Of a stretch of 64,000 nt of DNA, positions 26,961-40,830 are shown in pieces. The notes beneath the pieces were generated by a model that saw only the letters and a program-made list of their open reading frames with translations, was not told the origin of the DNA and searched no databases. Within the stretch, counting starts at the first letter, position 1. Each line of letters starts with the position of its first letter. This DNA is from Lingula anatina (lineage: Eukaryota > Animalia > Brachiopoda), in the NCBI GenBank assembly GCA_051362555.1, contig CM120642.1:3906001-3970000 (forward strand). Reading direction: 5' to 3'. The position numbers and the translations under genes are program-made.

Positions 26961-29900
26961 AGTACTCAGAATACAGAACATCTCGATCTTTGGTGTGTCA
27001 AAGAAGAAAAACACCTGACTGAAGCTATGCATGCATCTAGATGAAACACAGACATCACGACAGTCTAGTCACCAAGGGAATTAGTTACACCAATTAAGAA
27101 AGGATATAAAGTGAATTACAGAAATATTCTTCCTGTCTACAAAATGTGACTAAGAATAAAAATTATTCCGGCCATACATAATTAATCCATCGAGCTGGTG
27201 GCACTGTAAGTCCTGTGACTGATCAAGATAAAATTTCTGTTAATTTCACTACAGGGACAAGGAAGCATCTTGCATGCAAGGTGGCAATCATATCAAGCAG
27301 TTTCTCAAGCAGAAAGAATTAGAGAAAACACAACAAGTGGAGAAACTCTGCATACGGCATGCAACAAGGAAATCTAATTGTCGCTCTGTGGTTCCCCAAG
27401 GTCATGAAACATGGTTCAACTCAATAATCACGGGAAATGAGAGGAAGTTCGCAATAAATTTGCGCAGCCTTTCAAACTAATTTTGAAATAACCTTTTCTT
27501 TATTCACCATTTTTTCTTCCCTCAATTACTTCTCTTTTAGATAATTACAGATGGATCATTCAGTATGATAATAACTTTGCACAGCCTTTGAGACCTAGCT
27601 TGTAAGACGACAATGCCTGCTTTATGTTTCATCTATTTTTTGCTGCTATACAGTTCTGGTGAAATCATGCCAGACCAAGGTTGGCATGTAACATGCAATA
27701 TGAACAGGAAAAAAAACACCATGTGTTTTACAGAACAGATTGCAAATATGGGATGGAACTTTGTGTTAAATATGTGGTAAATGTTTAAAATGATTATTCA
27801 GCAAAGTGTATAGTTGGGGTACTATGGTGCCTCTGATATAAAAAGTAGAATATGATAAACCAAAAACCAAAGATCAATTGCTGGAAATTCCATTTACCCA
27901 ATTTGTATCTTATAAATATACTAGTACAATGAAGGACCTTAGTAAATTTCTACTTTATTAGCAAATATCTTCAAATGTGCTACCTATCTGAAACATAAAT
28001 ATATATACCTCATTTGTATTCTTTAATTGGTAAATACAGGAATCAATCTTTAGCATTTATACACAATTTTACAATGATAATGTAATCAGTAAAAAATTAA
28101 GAGCATTCATTTGATGAGAGAAAGTGAAACTACACATGACAGTGCATACTAATATTCACTTTGTTTTGAAGCAATTTACTTTGTCAATCATCTTCAGAAG
28201 ATACGGAACACTGATATCAGCTCTAAAGCCAATTAAATATCCCATATTGTTCTAATCCAGTTATATGCAGTTTCTCAGAGGCAATATTTCCGCCAGGAAT
28301 TGGTATGATGTTTGTGAAAAGCACTGGAAAAAAACAGAAGTCAAGGCTTCAGAGCGTACACCAAGGCATGCAAAGGTTTAGGGAAATGATGCTGAGTACT
28401 GTCTCTCTCTCTCTCTCCCCAATACCCCCACCCCTGCTCACAGTTCCATTTACTCTCCCCAGCCCCCATATACAGTATACAATCTTCAGTAATTTTCAGG
28501 TCTCTTGTAAACATGCAATTTTCCATTTGGTAAAAAGCAATCATTTTATATGAATTCCATATAGTGCACAGCTCAGTGTAAGGGGGTGTCTGCACTCAGG
28601 TGTGACAACAACTAATGGGCACCGTTATCTCGTTACCTTGTGTGAAGCCTCGGCTATGGTGAGAAAACTGATCATTTCCCTCAAAAATGTTGTAATTTCC
28701 TTGCTGTTTCTGGTTTCAAAGGTGTGTAGTAAAGCAGTGTGAAGTGGGGAGTGAAACAGGAGCTGCTGTAGTGCTTGTTCAATGGACTGTCCATAATGGC
28801 ACTGTGCACCCCGTAAGACAACACAATAACACACAGTTAGACTGGGTTTCAAAGCAAGACTTCTCTGTGCTTTGGAGAATGCTTTAGACCTCAGACAGAC
28901 GGCTCCCCCTCGCTCTACACTTTTAAACACTATCTGTTTTCTTGTATTATTTCTCTTTTCTTTGCGTGAGAATAAATTTAATGAGTCTAGCGCTCATATT
29001 CCATTCTTCTGCATCAGAAGTATTCAAGAACCTAGGGCGCAGAGAACTTTACACTTAACATGGATGGTATTAAAAAATAGACGAACTGAAAAAAATCAAC
29101 AAATGTGGTTATACAGAATTTCTTCTGCAGAAAAACATCTGTTTCTCTTTCTATTAAAGTACCTGTATTAATGTTTTAAAGCAGTGCAATTATTTTTCTA
29201 AGACTGCTTCCTCACTTCTTCATTATTAGTAGTCCAACAATTTTTTAAAACCTTGATAACTTAAGTCCTGATTTTACGTTTAATGACAAAATGATCTGAC
29301 AATGCTTAAACCACAATAAAAGTTTTAAATTATTCTACTTCAATTACTTTCTGCCCACACCTCCTTAAATCTATAGAATTTGCAAACAGTCATTTCCTTC
29401 CAATTCACTAAGTCCTAATGTGACCTCTGATTATAGTTCAAAGCTTGTGGTAAACTTTTTCCAGATATTATTTCATTCTAATTCGAAGTTGCGCAAACAG
29501 TATTCACTTAAATCAGCAAAGACAGTCTCCCGCCCTGAACACCCAGCAAGTAACAAAACAAAAGCCAGGAACAATTATGTTTCTTTCTCTGCCCTAAATG
29601 GTATTTATACCTTTTCCCGTTCAGGAAATCAGAATTTGGTTGTGTGTAAATTGACATAAATGTGTCGCGGTGCCCCAGATGCCCCTACCTCACCTGTTCT
29701 GGACGTGCTTCTATGTTAAATCAACACCGACTGTGATTTCTCAAAACAGTCATCCAATCAACTGGCGTAACAAATGATTTGTTGAACATCAACAGACAGC
29801 ACAATGCTGCAAAACTGAGGCGTTGTCTTTGCATAAACATGTCAGGTAGAAGTGTGGAGGAGGAGAAACAAATAAACTTCATTATGGCAAGCACGGTTAG

Positions 29901-30370
29901 CGAATTAAATTACACAAATCTGGGGCCTCATTTTGTTAAAATGTCATATGGCTGCGTTATTTTAATATCAAGGCTGAAAAGAAACCAAGCCATGTGAGCA
30001 GGTGCCTTGAAAACTAAGACATAGCGTGATCTGACCTTTTAATATCACTGCATGAATTGGTGTTTTAATTGACAACACGTATGAGTTAATACTTTTTAGC
30101 ATTGGCAAAATAGTTACTAATTGGACTTACAAAACATTTTGACATGTACACCAACGAAATCTCTCAACCCAAGATAACATCCTCACCTTTATTTCATTCC
30201 TCCACAAAAGGGGGTACAAATCTAAACAGAACCTCTGACCTTACATGTTTATTGGCCATGAGCGTAACCAATATGTTTGCACAACTAAATCAGGCAAAAA
30301 GGACCAGTGAGTCTTATGGTTGAGCTACTGGGTTATAGTTTGCCTAAATCTCAATTCTGACCATAAAACA

Positions 30371-30403
30371 GCTTACCTGAAAACAAGGGAGACAAAAAGC
30401 AAT
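30371..30403 (-). promoter_or_regulatory. Recursive splice site (ratchet point)-like motif, junction 30377/30376
   Basis: Minus strand reads ttgctttttgtctcccttgttttcag|gtaagc: a long pyrimidine tract and CAG directly followed by GTAAG. Confidence 0.45.
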
Positions 30404-31044
30404 ACTTTCTTCCTTCTAGGTAAAGACAGGTCCCAATAACTCGGAATGTTTTTTGGTCCTAAGGATATCTTATTTTAAGTACAATATGGGTTCTGGTCAC
30501 AAATATATTTTTCTTAGCAAAAAAATTGAAATAGCTCTTACTTCAACAATATTTTCTTCCTCAAAGGCAAATGCACACTTAGACATTTAAGGGAGAATCT
30601 GGTTTCTGGTTTCAAATATTTTTTCTTGGCCAACTTTGAAAGAGACATTAATAGAAAAGACAATGTTGACAGAGGTCTATACATGAGGTGTAAGTCTGGT
30701 GGTTTTACAATTCACAGTTCTAATCAAAGTTGACATATTTAAGAACAGCCACCACTCCATTGGTAAATAACAGGACAGACATGGGAAATAATGCAAGTAA
30801 ATAAACCATTCTGAAAGGTTTCAAGATGAAGAGGAATATAGCCTATGAATACATTTTTACAAAATGAACAAAAATAAGCTAGTTAATGTCAGTTCATTGA
30901 TTCCATATCAAATTTCGTATCCAATTCCGTATCAAATCACCTGTCAATTGCTAAATATTTCCACAGTACAATATTGAAATCAGTTTATGATGATCCTTTG
31001 AAATACTCCTTCCAGACACCAAGCATCTAGAATCAAATATTTAG

Positions 31045-31079
<35 letters not shown>

Positions 31080-31187
31080 ATCAGTAAATTTTAAAATAAC
31101 TGAAAGAGTTTCTACAACTTTCATATATTCAGGTCCATCAATGACATGTCTTTGGTTTAAATTAAACCAATTAACTGCCTTTGTAAG

Positions 31188-31340
31188 CAGGCCCGTAGCC
31201 AGCAATTTCAAAAGGGGGGTTCTTTTTCTGAAAAAGTGGACCATTTTCTATAAAAACTTCATGTACCTAGATAAAATTTCATCCAGAGTGGACCTTTTCC
31301 CAGCAAAAAGGGCTGTTCTTTCTAACCCCCCTGGCTATGA
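31188..31340 (+). mobile_element. MITE, family A
   Basis: CAGGCCCGTAGCCAGCAATTTCAAAAGGGGGG..CTGGCTATG; close reverse-complement match to 51919-52092. Confidence 0.8.
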
Positions 31341-31680
31341 TATACCTTCTATGTCAAATTAAAATCAATATAATAACACCAAGTTACACATTAAATCTTT
31401 CACATAATGCAATATATCAAACAAAGCAAATAAAATATGAAAAGCAGATTCCACTGAAATTATACTTTATCCCAGGAACAACCCCCATCCCCCCCCCCCC
31501 AAACAAAATAGTCAATTAAAAGTTAATTCATATAAACACTTACCTCTGAAAAATAATTTTGAAACTAAGTTCCACTATGAAGCGTCTCTTTCATGAATCA
31601 GTTGCCATTAGTATATCATGATCTTACATGATCTGTTTCCACTGTAGTGCAACTGAAACCAAAGCCTATAGTACTATGTA

Positions 31681-31997
31681 GCCGCGTTCACACTGGGGTC
31701 AATATCAGCCCAGATCACATAGGGACCTCTTTTGAGACTGATAAGTGACATTACATTTTTGAAGGTGGTCTCTGACAGCTAAGTTGGGCTGTATCCACTG
31801 TACCCTGTATTAAAATTAATGTACTAACAATCTGGGGTCTGTTTCACAAGAGATCCTAAGACTGAAAATTAGTGTAAACTTATTGACCAATATCTTAGCC
31901 TATTTAATAACTTAAGATCAACATTTACTCTCCTCTAGTACACTATTGTAAAGTATTACATGAGCTGAAGTTTTTTAGAATTTTGGTCTTACCATAC

Positions 31998-32030
<33 letters not shown>

Positions 32031-32100
32031 TGAAAATAACCCTTCAGCTGGTGCTAGACTTTACCCTAGCTATATTAATTAAATCTGATGTGAACACGAC
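31681..32100. mobile_element. Degenerate TIR element containing a second TIR element (~31834-32042)
   Basis: Outer ends GCCGCGTTCACA and TGTGAACACGAC; inner ends GGGGTCTGTTTCACAA and TTGTGAAAATAACCC. Confidence 0.4.
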
Positions 32101-32660
32101 ATGCATGCCCTGAAGTGACTGCAATAACATGGTGCTAGTGCAGAAGAGAAGTACCAGTATATATACACATTACATCAATGGGAAAATAGCGGGGAATCAT
32201 ATTTCACACTGACATTTATCATTTTTTAAAAAATATTACTTGATGTACCTTGTTAAATATAAATTCTCATGAAACGAGATGCACTTCATATGTGTGACAT
32301 GTAGTAATGTTATTATCAGCATGGGGCTTGATTAATAAGAGAATATTAAAGAGATTTCAAATCAATGCGTACACTGCTGGAATTAGCTAAATATACATCA
32401 TATGAAAAAACCAAGCACAAAGTCACAATGAAGATGAGCATTTATTATACTTGACAGCAGTTTTTTTATGGGGTTAAACAGAATAGATGCATGCTATGAA
32501 ATATTACAGGGTAATTAAATTATATGTATGCTGCAGCTTCTATATATCTATTTCAATTCAATTTCCAATTTCAATTACAATGTTTCAACATTTCTGAATA
32601 TATATCATGGCTCTGTACAACATTTATTTAATTATAAATCTATAGCATAGAATAGTCTTA

Positions 32661-32910
32661 GGGCCCATTTTCAATGAAACTATGGTTCTACATAGATCAA
32701 TCCAAATCCATGGGGACTCTTGCTGAATGCAATCAGGTTAACACTCCTCCTCCTGATGTTGAGTAGAATACAGAAAATAGCTGGTGTTTATAAGAGCACG
32801 TTGGAAACAAAAGGACACATGTTAAGCTGTTAATCTGATTGCATTTAGCAAGATTCAATGGGGAGTTGGGTCAATTTGTGTAGAAAGACATTTTCATTGG
32901 GAATGAGTCC
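32661..32910. mobile_element. Second, inverted copy of the Harbinger-type MITE at 7518
   Basis: TTA|GGGCCCATTTTCAATGAAAC start; internal GTAGAATACAGAAAATAGCTGG matches the reverse complement of the 7518 copy. Confidence 0.7.
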
Positions 32911-33693
32911 TTGGTGTCACTATTCCTTCATAAGTAACCCACTATATTCATACACACAGTTTTCTTTTCAATCCAGAGAAAAACTAATATCCAGTGGCAG
33001 TGTTGGCTGCAGAAGTCACTTGACACTCGTGTCCACACGGCTTTGGACACAAGAGTTTGACATGGATTCAGTATCTGAACACAGCTCAATAACATGGTCA
33101 TCAACCAAGTAAATACCTCCAAGGAAAATAAGCAAAGGACACAATCTTGGTTGTATCAGGTACCATGCCTTTCTTCCACACAAACAGAACTAAGGACTTA
33201 TCCTTCTCTAACATAAACACTGTGACAGATTCATTACATTTTTCGCTAATTTTTCAACTACCTTTAATTTTCATTTCCTTAAATTGGTTTCATGAAAAAG
33301 AAAAGAACCCCAAACAAATATGCAACTAAATTGCATATATGGTATCTTAAACTAAATAACTTATATTGTATAATATATTGTATTTATATTGTATTTATTC
33401 ATAGTAAGTAAATGCACAATGGATTAAACAAAACTGATTTAAGTACGTGGATTTATAGCAATTCAAGTTTTAAGTTGAACCCTGCAGACAGTAAAATTCT
33501 CAAACCACATTACAGAAACCTGTTGGCCTACAACAGCATGACACTTTTTTTGGTCAAGATTAGAAAATTAGGAATGTTCTTACCGTTCTAGTTTTGGCTT
33601 TTGTCCCAAGCACCCTCCACACACCTAAACCCAAGTGGTGACTGGCTTCAGAATAAATAGCGCTTATTATTTTTTCAACTCTGAATGCACTCA

Positions 33694-33710
33694 GAGCCCC
33701 CTGGTGGCCA
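33694..33710 (-). promoter_or_regulatory. CTCF core motif match
   Basis: Minus strand TGGCCACCAGGGGGCTC, one mismatch to the consensus CCACCAGGGGGCGC; motif match only. Confidence 0.5.
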
Positions 33711-36239
33711 GTCTGCAACTCGATGCCATATTGTTATCTTCCCAAGGCCTAACCTTCATCAGCCCTTATGATTAAAATGCATGAGGATCCTTATTAATTG
33801 TGCTTCATTGAATAATCTGCTCATAAAATACAGACTAGCTGGAAAACTGATTGGCAGTCATAGCCTCCATATATAGTAGAGAGAGAAACAGGAAATGTTA
33901 AATCCCTTGAGGAGATATATTAGAACTTATATTTTTATCCAGGGTCTTTTTTTTAATCTCAGACACGAATAGACCGTATTTTCTTCTAAGACTTCAATAA
34001 TAATGTAAATGGTTTCCTGACCCAGGGAGACATATTACAAAGATGGCTGTCATCACGGAGATAAAATGGAACAATTAGTCGAGTATAATAGATTTTACCT
34101 GGAATATGGATATTACTATTAAGACTTCATTTCTATCAAGATGTATCATGAGATTAAATAAAAGATCTAAAATATTCACAGTATTGTTTATAATCAAAGT
34201 GTGCTGATGTGGCATGTCTAGCATCAATCTAAAAATAAACAAATAAATAAATAATGAATGAATTTCAAAATCATAAGATAAGGACTAATCCAGTAACTGT
34301 CCATCTACTTTTATTACCTTTTTTTCTACTAACAGAATTTTTATCAAATTACCAGTAGTTTTTTTATCAATGAATAAGAAAACATCATTTTACTACTGAG
34401 ACATCATAACAAATCATATCGGTTCTCGTTGTAGAATCTGGAAGTTTCCTTTCTCTATACCTTCATTAAATTGCAATTACTAGCTAACTTATTGGGGTGA
34501 TTGGCAATCAGAATAGAAATGAAATTGAGGATAATCTTTCAGAGTTGACTTCACTATTGCAATGCATCATTTCACTCAAATATCTCATGTCTCATAATTT
34601 TCTGATTATTTCTTAAATTTGATGAAGCAGTCTTACATGTAGCCACATTACACAACTGGGCGTGTTTATAAAAAGTATGGAGTCGAAATGATTATCTTCA
34701 TTTTAAGTAAAAAAAGGTTGTAGTGAGGTTTGAAGCAGTTAAATGTGTAGTGCAGCACATAAAATGGATTTACTGTCAATACTAAATCTGTGCAAATTAC
34801 ATATGGCATATGGCATCTTTTAAACAACAAGCATTCTCCATGTTTCGCCATCTTTTTTTATTTTCTTTTCAACAGTTTACATAGGACATATAAATATACC
34901 AGTACATTTGTGATATCAGCTATCAAACATTCACTGAACTGCTGTAAGCTATACCAAAAAACATTTCTTCCTTTTAAGACAGCACAAAAGCACACTGTAT
35001 GAAATATAGGCCCACACATTCATTTCACAGGTTGTAATTCTCAGTTTCCTTTGAAGTTGCTTCCAACTTGTAGCAGTCACTTAAATGACCAACATTTTCT
35101 TCAACAGAAACCCAGCAAAACATCAATCTCTACTGCACTAGCTGGTTGAAATACGTGAAGTACAGTACGTGCAAATCCAGAAACCACAGGTAACAAGAGG
35201 ACTCCATCGAAAAAAATCATTTCCATTGTGCTTAAAGGGTATTAGGGCAAATATTACCATGGTCATATGGTTTTCAAGATCATATGACCAAACACAGAAT
35301 GTATTATTGTATTTTCAGAGTTTTTACTATTTCCACTGAAAAAAAAAAAAATACTGGATGGTATGGTGATATGAACAGATTTCTATGTATCATATATCTT
35401 ATGAAATAAATTTTCTTTTTCAGTGCCATTAACATATTTTTTTATTAGTTCAAATTTGTTAGGAAATATAAATAATGAATATGAAAAGAGTTTATAAGTA
35501 AATAAGAAAAACAATCAGACTTGATAATCAGTAAAATATATTCATCAAGAAAAGATACAATGTAACAATGCTGACATATCACCAAGGATACTGCAGTGAC
35601 CTCACTGACCACTGGGCAGAGTATGTTAGTGTAATGAGGATCAGTGCTTGGACATTGCAGAGTGTCTCATCCATAATGAATTTAAGCCTGAATTGTCACT
35701 TAATGAATGGGAACAACGTGAGACAGTGTAAAACGAGGCCTTCTGCACTGCGTGATGTCATGTGAGACTAGAAATGATGCGCAAAATTGCATGTGAGGTT
35801 GACTTTTTAAAAGAAAAAAGTTAAACTCTACATGCGTCAGGAATGTCTCCATAGAAAGCAATACAAAATAAAAGTGACACCTAAAACATGGTGAATTTGC
35901 TCTGTTGTGCAACTGATTGATTTTTGTAATTCCACAAAACTTGAGAGAAATTAACCAGAAAATATATCCATGGATAAATTCTGCCAGCTTTTTTTCACAC
36001 AGCACTCACTAGTCTGCCATTATTTCCCACTCCACTCCCTTCCAAATCATGCAAAATCTCACTTGATTTTCCTCTTAGTCGTGAGACTTCAGGTTAGCTA
36101 TTCCGGATGATTCCCACTGACCAGAGTGTCTGGTCCACAATGAAAAGACTGCCCTACCTGTTTTTTAATTAAAATGACCACATGTCCATCTGCTGACCAT
36201 TTCAGTCAAGAATCACATAATGGCGTGTATGTGTGTGTG

Positions 36240-36502
36240 CAGGGGTGGATCCAGGATTATTTGAAGGGAGGGGGGTCTACAGATGCAAAGCTGACCCTCC
36301 CCCCCTGGCATGGGGTTTGGGACCTGCTGGAAAAAATTCGGTATTTTAGAGGGCCAACATGCCATTTGGTATGTTTTAGAACTATGATTCAACAAGTCAA
36401 AATTCTAATTTCGGGGGGGGGGGGTATTAGTGTGATTTTTTCAGAAATCGAAGGGGGAGGGGGGTAGAGACCCCCCTGACCCCCCCTCTAAATCTGCCAC
36501 TG
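36240..36502. mobile_element. MITE, family B (CAG(G/T)GGCGGAT-type termini) inserted in a TG microsatellite
   Basis: Ends CAGGGGTGGATCCAG and CTAAATCTGCCACTG; internal G/C runs; TG repeats on both flanks. Confidence 0.7.
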
Positions 36503-36877
36503 TATGCGTGTGTGTGTGTGTGTGTGTGTGTGTGCATGTACATGCATGCATGAGCAAACACATAGTCTAAAATGTTTAAGCATTGGATGCAGTGACAGTT
36601 TTAAATCTGTTTGGAATCATAGGACTATATGCAGGTATACAGGTAACTCTGTACAGTAGTCATGGAGAATTGAAATTCAGAAGGCATCCCATCTGTGTTT
36701 GTCTTTTACCTTACTGTGAAGGATTGATGAGGGGACACAAATAGGTTAACTAGGTGACACCCTCTCTCTCGTGATTGGGAGCACACATACTCTCTCTCTC
36801 TCTCTTTCTCTCTCTACATGTAGAATGTTTGTCATATAGATCAAGTAAAATAACTCTTGAGATTTTAAAAATCTTAC

Positions 36878-36941
36878 CTTTTGGCTGATATTTATCTTGT
36901 TTTTCAGTTGTCATCACTTAAAGAGTCTTAAAATGTCTGTC
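36878..36941 (-). other. Candidate 64-nt exon containing a start codon
   Basis: gtttttattgctgttttcag|GACAGAC..CCAAAAG|gtaaga. ATG at 36914 follows an in-frame stop and reads MTTEKQDKYQPK, ending in phase 1. Confidence 0.5.
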
Positions 36942-39900
36942 CTGAAAACAGCAATAAAAACACATCAAGAAAATTAACGCATTATAATAATAAATATATA
37001 TATATATATATTTACTTTGCATTTTCAATAAGGTTTCTTACATATAAAATCAACTATAGCATACAGTGTGCAGCCAACTTATACTGCAATTTTTCAGAGA
37101 TACTGGTAGTATCAGATATACAGCTATCATTACAACATTTCACAAATTCTCTATGAGAACTTTACAAGTCAATTAAAATTTATTGCATTATCTTTTTATC
37201 CCTACCCTTTGAAGTCACTGCTTTCTACAATGTACCAAGTTAAAAACAGAGATAAATAATACTTGTCCATGTAGGTCCACCCTCTGTTTACACCACAAAG
37301 AACACAGACAGAAGGACACTTACTCTATGTTGGATGTTTTGTGGATACTTAAAAAGTCTGGTATAAAGTATTTATATCTGCATGCTCTATGCGGAGTATG
37401 ATACAAAGTTCTATTGAAAAGTAAATACGTAAATGACAAACACTAGAAAAGTTGATTGATAATTAGCAAATCAATGCAGCTTTAATCTACGCTAACCTAA
37501 TTGAAATCTTACAATTTGTATTTGTATTTTCTAGCTCTTTGTTCTTTACTAACATCTACTAGTAAGCTCATAGGTCATTATCTGCCTTGGTTTTTAAGTT
37601 CTCTTCTCAATTACATAAACTTTTGAATAGTAATTTGTTGGGTTAATCCTCACTTGCAAAATTCCAAAAAAAAAAAAAAAAAAATCATCCAGCCCATCAA
37701 GTTAACTGTTAGCTTAAGCTTTAAATCTTAATACTTAAACAATACCCATTAAAAACAACTACACTTAAGCTCAGCAATTTCTGCCCAATTTAACTTTCTG
37801 ACCACCCCTTTCTTAAACATTCCTAAATCTGCCACTGACTTCCAATAACTATGACAAAAGATGCCTTTGTTTGCTATGAAGTAAAAATACCAGTAAGATA
37901 CAGAACTGAGTAAGAAATTGCATTCAAAAATTAATGCTCTGGATGAATAAATAAAAATTGATATAAACTGTAATTATGGGATCTTGAGACCTACCCGGAT
38001 AAGTGTATCCCTCTACAAGCCTCTGCTCTCTTTGTTAAAAACTGAACTAAAAGAGATTTCACAGTGGTTGATCAAATCATTTTCAGAACCACCTTTGCCA
38101 TGACACTGGCAAAATGTCAACTGCCAATCACACAGCTATTTGGACATTATGTTTAAAACAATACGTCTGAATCATCAAACAAAAAATGAAAAAAATGGGA
38201 GAAATAAAGGGGAAAAGCGCAGAGGGAGAAGACATTTTACATCCAAGGTTTTATCAGTGCCCTGATAATTTTTATCTGTCCTCAATCCTCTGTCTTCATT
38301 GGGAGAAATCCCAGATAACCTAAACTCTCAATTCAACAACTGCTCATCTGAAAAATTGCTTTCAGATTCTTGACAAATTCAGTGCAAAGATAAGGACCTG
38401 CAGCCGCAGCAGAAAACAATGAAAATGAACGGCACACTGGCCCCCACTAACCAAAGCTGGGTTAACCTGTTCTCTCTGGATCACTAAATCTCAATTAGAA
38501 GATAACACTGAAAGCATGGCTTTCTGCTGACATTTAATTCTAGCTGTCAAATATACTTCTCTCTAGTGAAAACAAAAAAGATACAGCCAGGATAGCACAA
38601 CAGAGCTTCTGAATCATATTCTTTTAATTATCTGTTTATTGCAATTCTACAACTCTTTCAAAATCCACACACACACGTCCCATCACATGAATAACCCAAA
38701 AATATTCAATAATTCAAACAATTGGCTTAATGTTATACATAACAGGCCCCAGACGTGTATATCTGAAAATATCTGGAACAGAATCCTTTCAAGATGAGCC
38801 TTGGATAGTCATCTTCAACAATAATCAATAATCATAATTAACGGAAGATAAACAAATTCTTATTTAATAACGCAATGAATCAAACTCCTCCGCTACCATA
38901 TGGTTGACTTTAACCCGGGAAGTGGTTAACAAAAGCCACAGAAAATTTAACAAGTGATCTTCTAAGATGCTACTTTAATTGATAAGGAAGCCACTTTATT
39001 ATTAATTGATGGAAGCAATCACTAAATCAGTTTAACCTGTATTGCAAATTTTCTTCCATTTAGATACTTGAAAGTGGTCTTTTCTTAACTGCCAGATCCC
39101 AAAAATACTTAAAATAATTACTTTTTTTTTGCCATATTTGTTGCACTGCAGGCTGGTTGTATCCTAATTTGTTGACAATTTTGCTTCACTTTCACTTTTG
39201 TTATTTAAATTGCTAACCTGCCTGCTTAATTCTCTTCCCTTCCCTTCCCTCAGTAGGTGTTAAAATAAATCTTAAGTTATAAAAGTCATGGTATTGAAGT
39301 GAGAACTACACCCTGTTAATGTCAAAACAATTAGTGGTCTAAAAAAACAACTGATAGTCTTCTAAAAATAGCAGCAATAAGAAACAAGACACTTGGGCAT
39401 AATTGCAATTTGTGCTGTGGTTTTCTTTTAGTTCTGGAAAATGGTTAATTCATCGAGGTGCTTTAAATAGATGTGCATACATAAAAAATCAAAGCAAAAC
39501 AAATGTAACAACCATTATGAATTTTTTTTTAATTGTTAAGTCTCGGTGAACTGATTCCATTGCTTCAAAAACATTACCTGTTACAAAAAAAGTATATTCA
39601 CAGTGGCTCACTTTAAACTTGAAACTTGGTCTAACTTAATTGTTACAGCTTGCCTGATTCCAGTGTGAACATAGCAACAGACTGCTAGCAAAACAGCAGA
39701 TGCACAGACTTAAGAACAGACTTAGTTTGAAAAAAAAAAAAATTTCCAATTTCTCAGATACAGATATCGAAAGGTAAATCACATTTAATCATCCTATAAC
39801 CTCTCCATATGTCACCCAACCTGGGCACATCATCCAGACTAGAGTGCTGGAGGGGAGACAGTCTATATTTTCGATCTTCTATCATCTTCAACTTCATAAC

Positions 39901-40509
39901 CCATTCACCATTCTCACTTACATCTCTCTCCAACTTGCTGAGCTGACAAGTCTTTTGATTGACGCATATTAAGTCTGGGCTGAAGAATAAGGGTTGATTT
40001 CCCAAAAGGTTCCAAGATGGATCCATCATGATATAATTTCACAGTTATTTTCTGAGCAATATTCTCATTAATTTGTAATAAAAGATTCTATTGTTTTTCG
40101 TTATTCTTTCTTTTTTACGGGCTTTCTTTCTTTTTTAATGGATTTGATTGTAAAGATGATAAATTAAACACATAACAATGATTGTGCAAATCTAATTTGC
40201 CAGGGAATGGGGAGGGGGGTCACAAGTATTAAACCAAAAAAAGGGTCTATAGATAAGGAAAATCCATTATAATATGTATGGTATACAGATAAAGAAGATC
40301 AATTGACCTGTCTCCCTCATAATACTATATTTTATGTGAAAGGGGAAGAAAGTGGACCTCTGAAGCTGAGGAAAGAACACATTGCAAGCTGTGTCCACAT
40401 GCACAGAACTGCCACTGGTGCTATATATAACATGGTAACTACAAATTGTTCTTTTGACTCAGCAAAGCAGCTGAAGCTTAAAAAAACATTCATCATTATA
40501 CGGGTAGGT

Positions 40510-40830
40510 ATATCTATTGGTGCCAGTATTTATTAAATACAGGATGGATTGGTACCATGATCTGTGGATACCAGGATGCATTGTTGCCAGGATTTTTTGG
40601 TACAAGGATCTGATCTTCTTATGCCATGATTCTGTTGGTATGAGGATCTCTTGGTGCCGTGTTCTATTGGTGCTATAATTAAAGGGTGCCATAATATTTT
40701 GACCTATTTATGCTATGCTTTAATGGTACCAGGATCTACTGGTGCCAAAATGAATTGGTACAAGGGCCTTTTGGTGCCAAGAGTTTTTGTTATCATGTTC
40801 TTTTGATTCAAGGATCTTTTCATGTAAGGA
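40510..40830. repeat. Old degenerate ~20-bp tandem repeat
   Basis: Recurrent TGGT(A/G)CCA(G/T)GATCT-like units. Confidence 0.6.
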
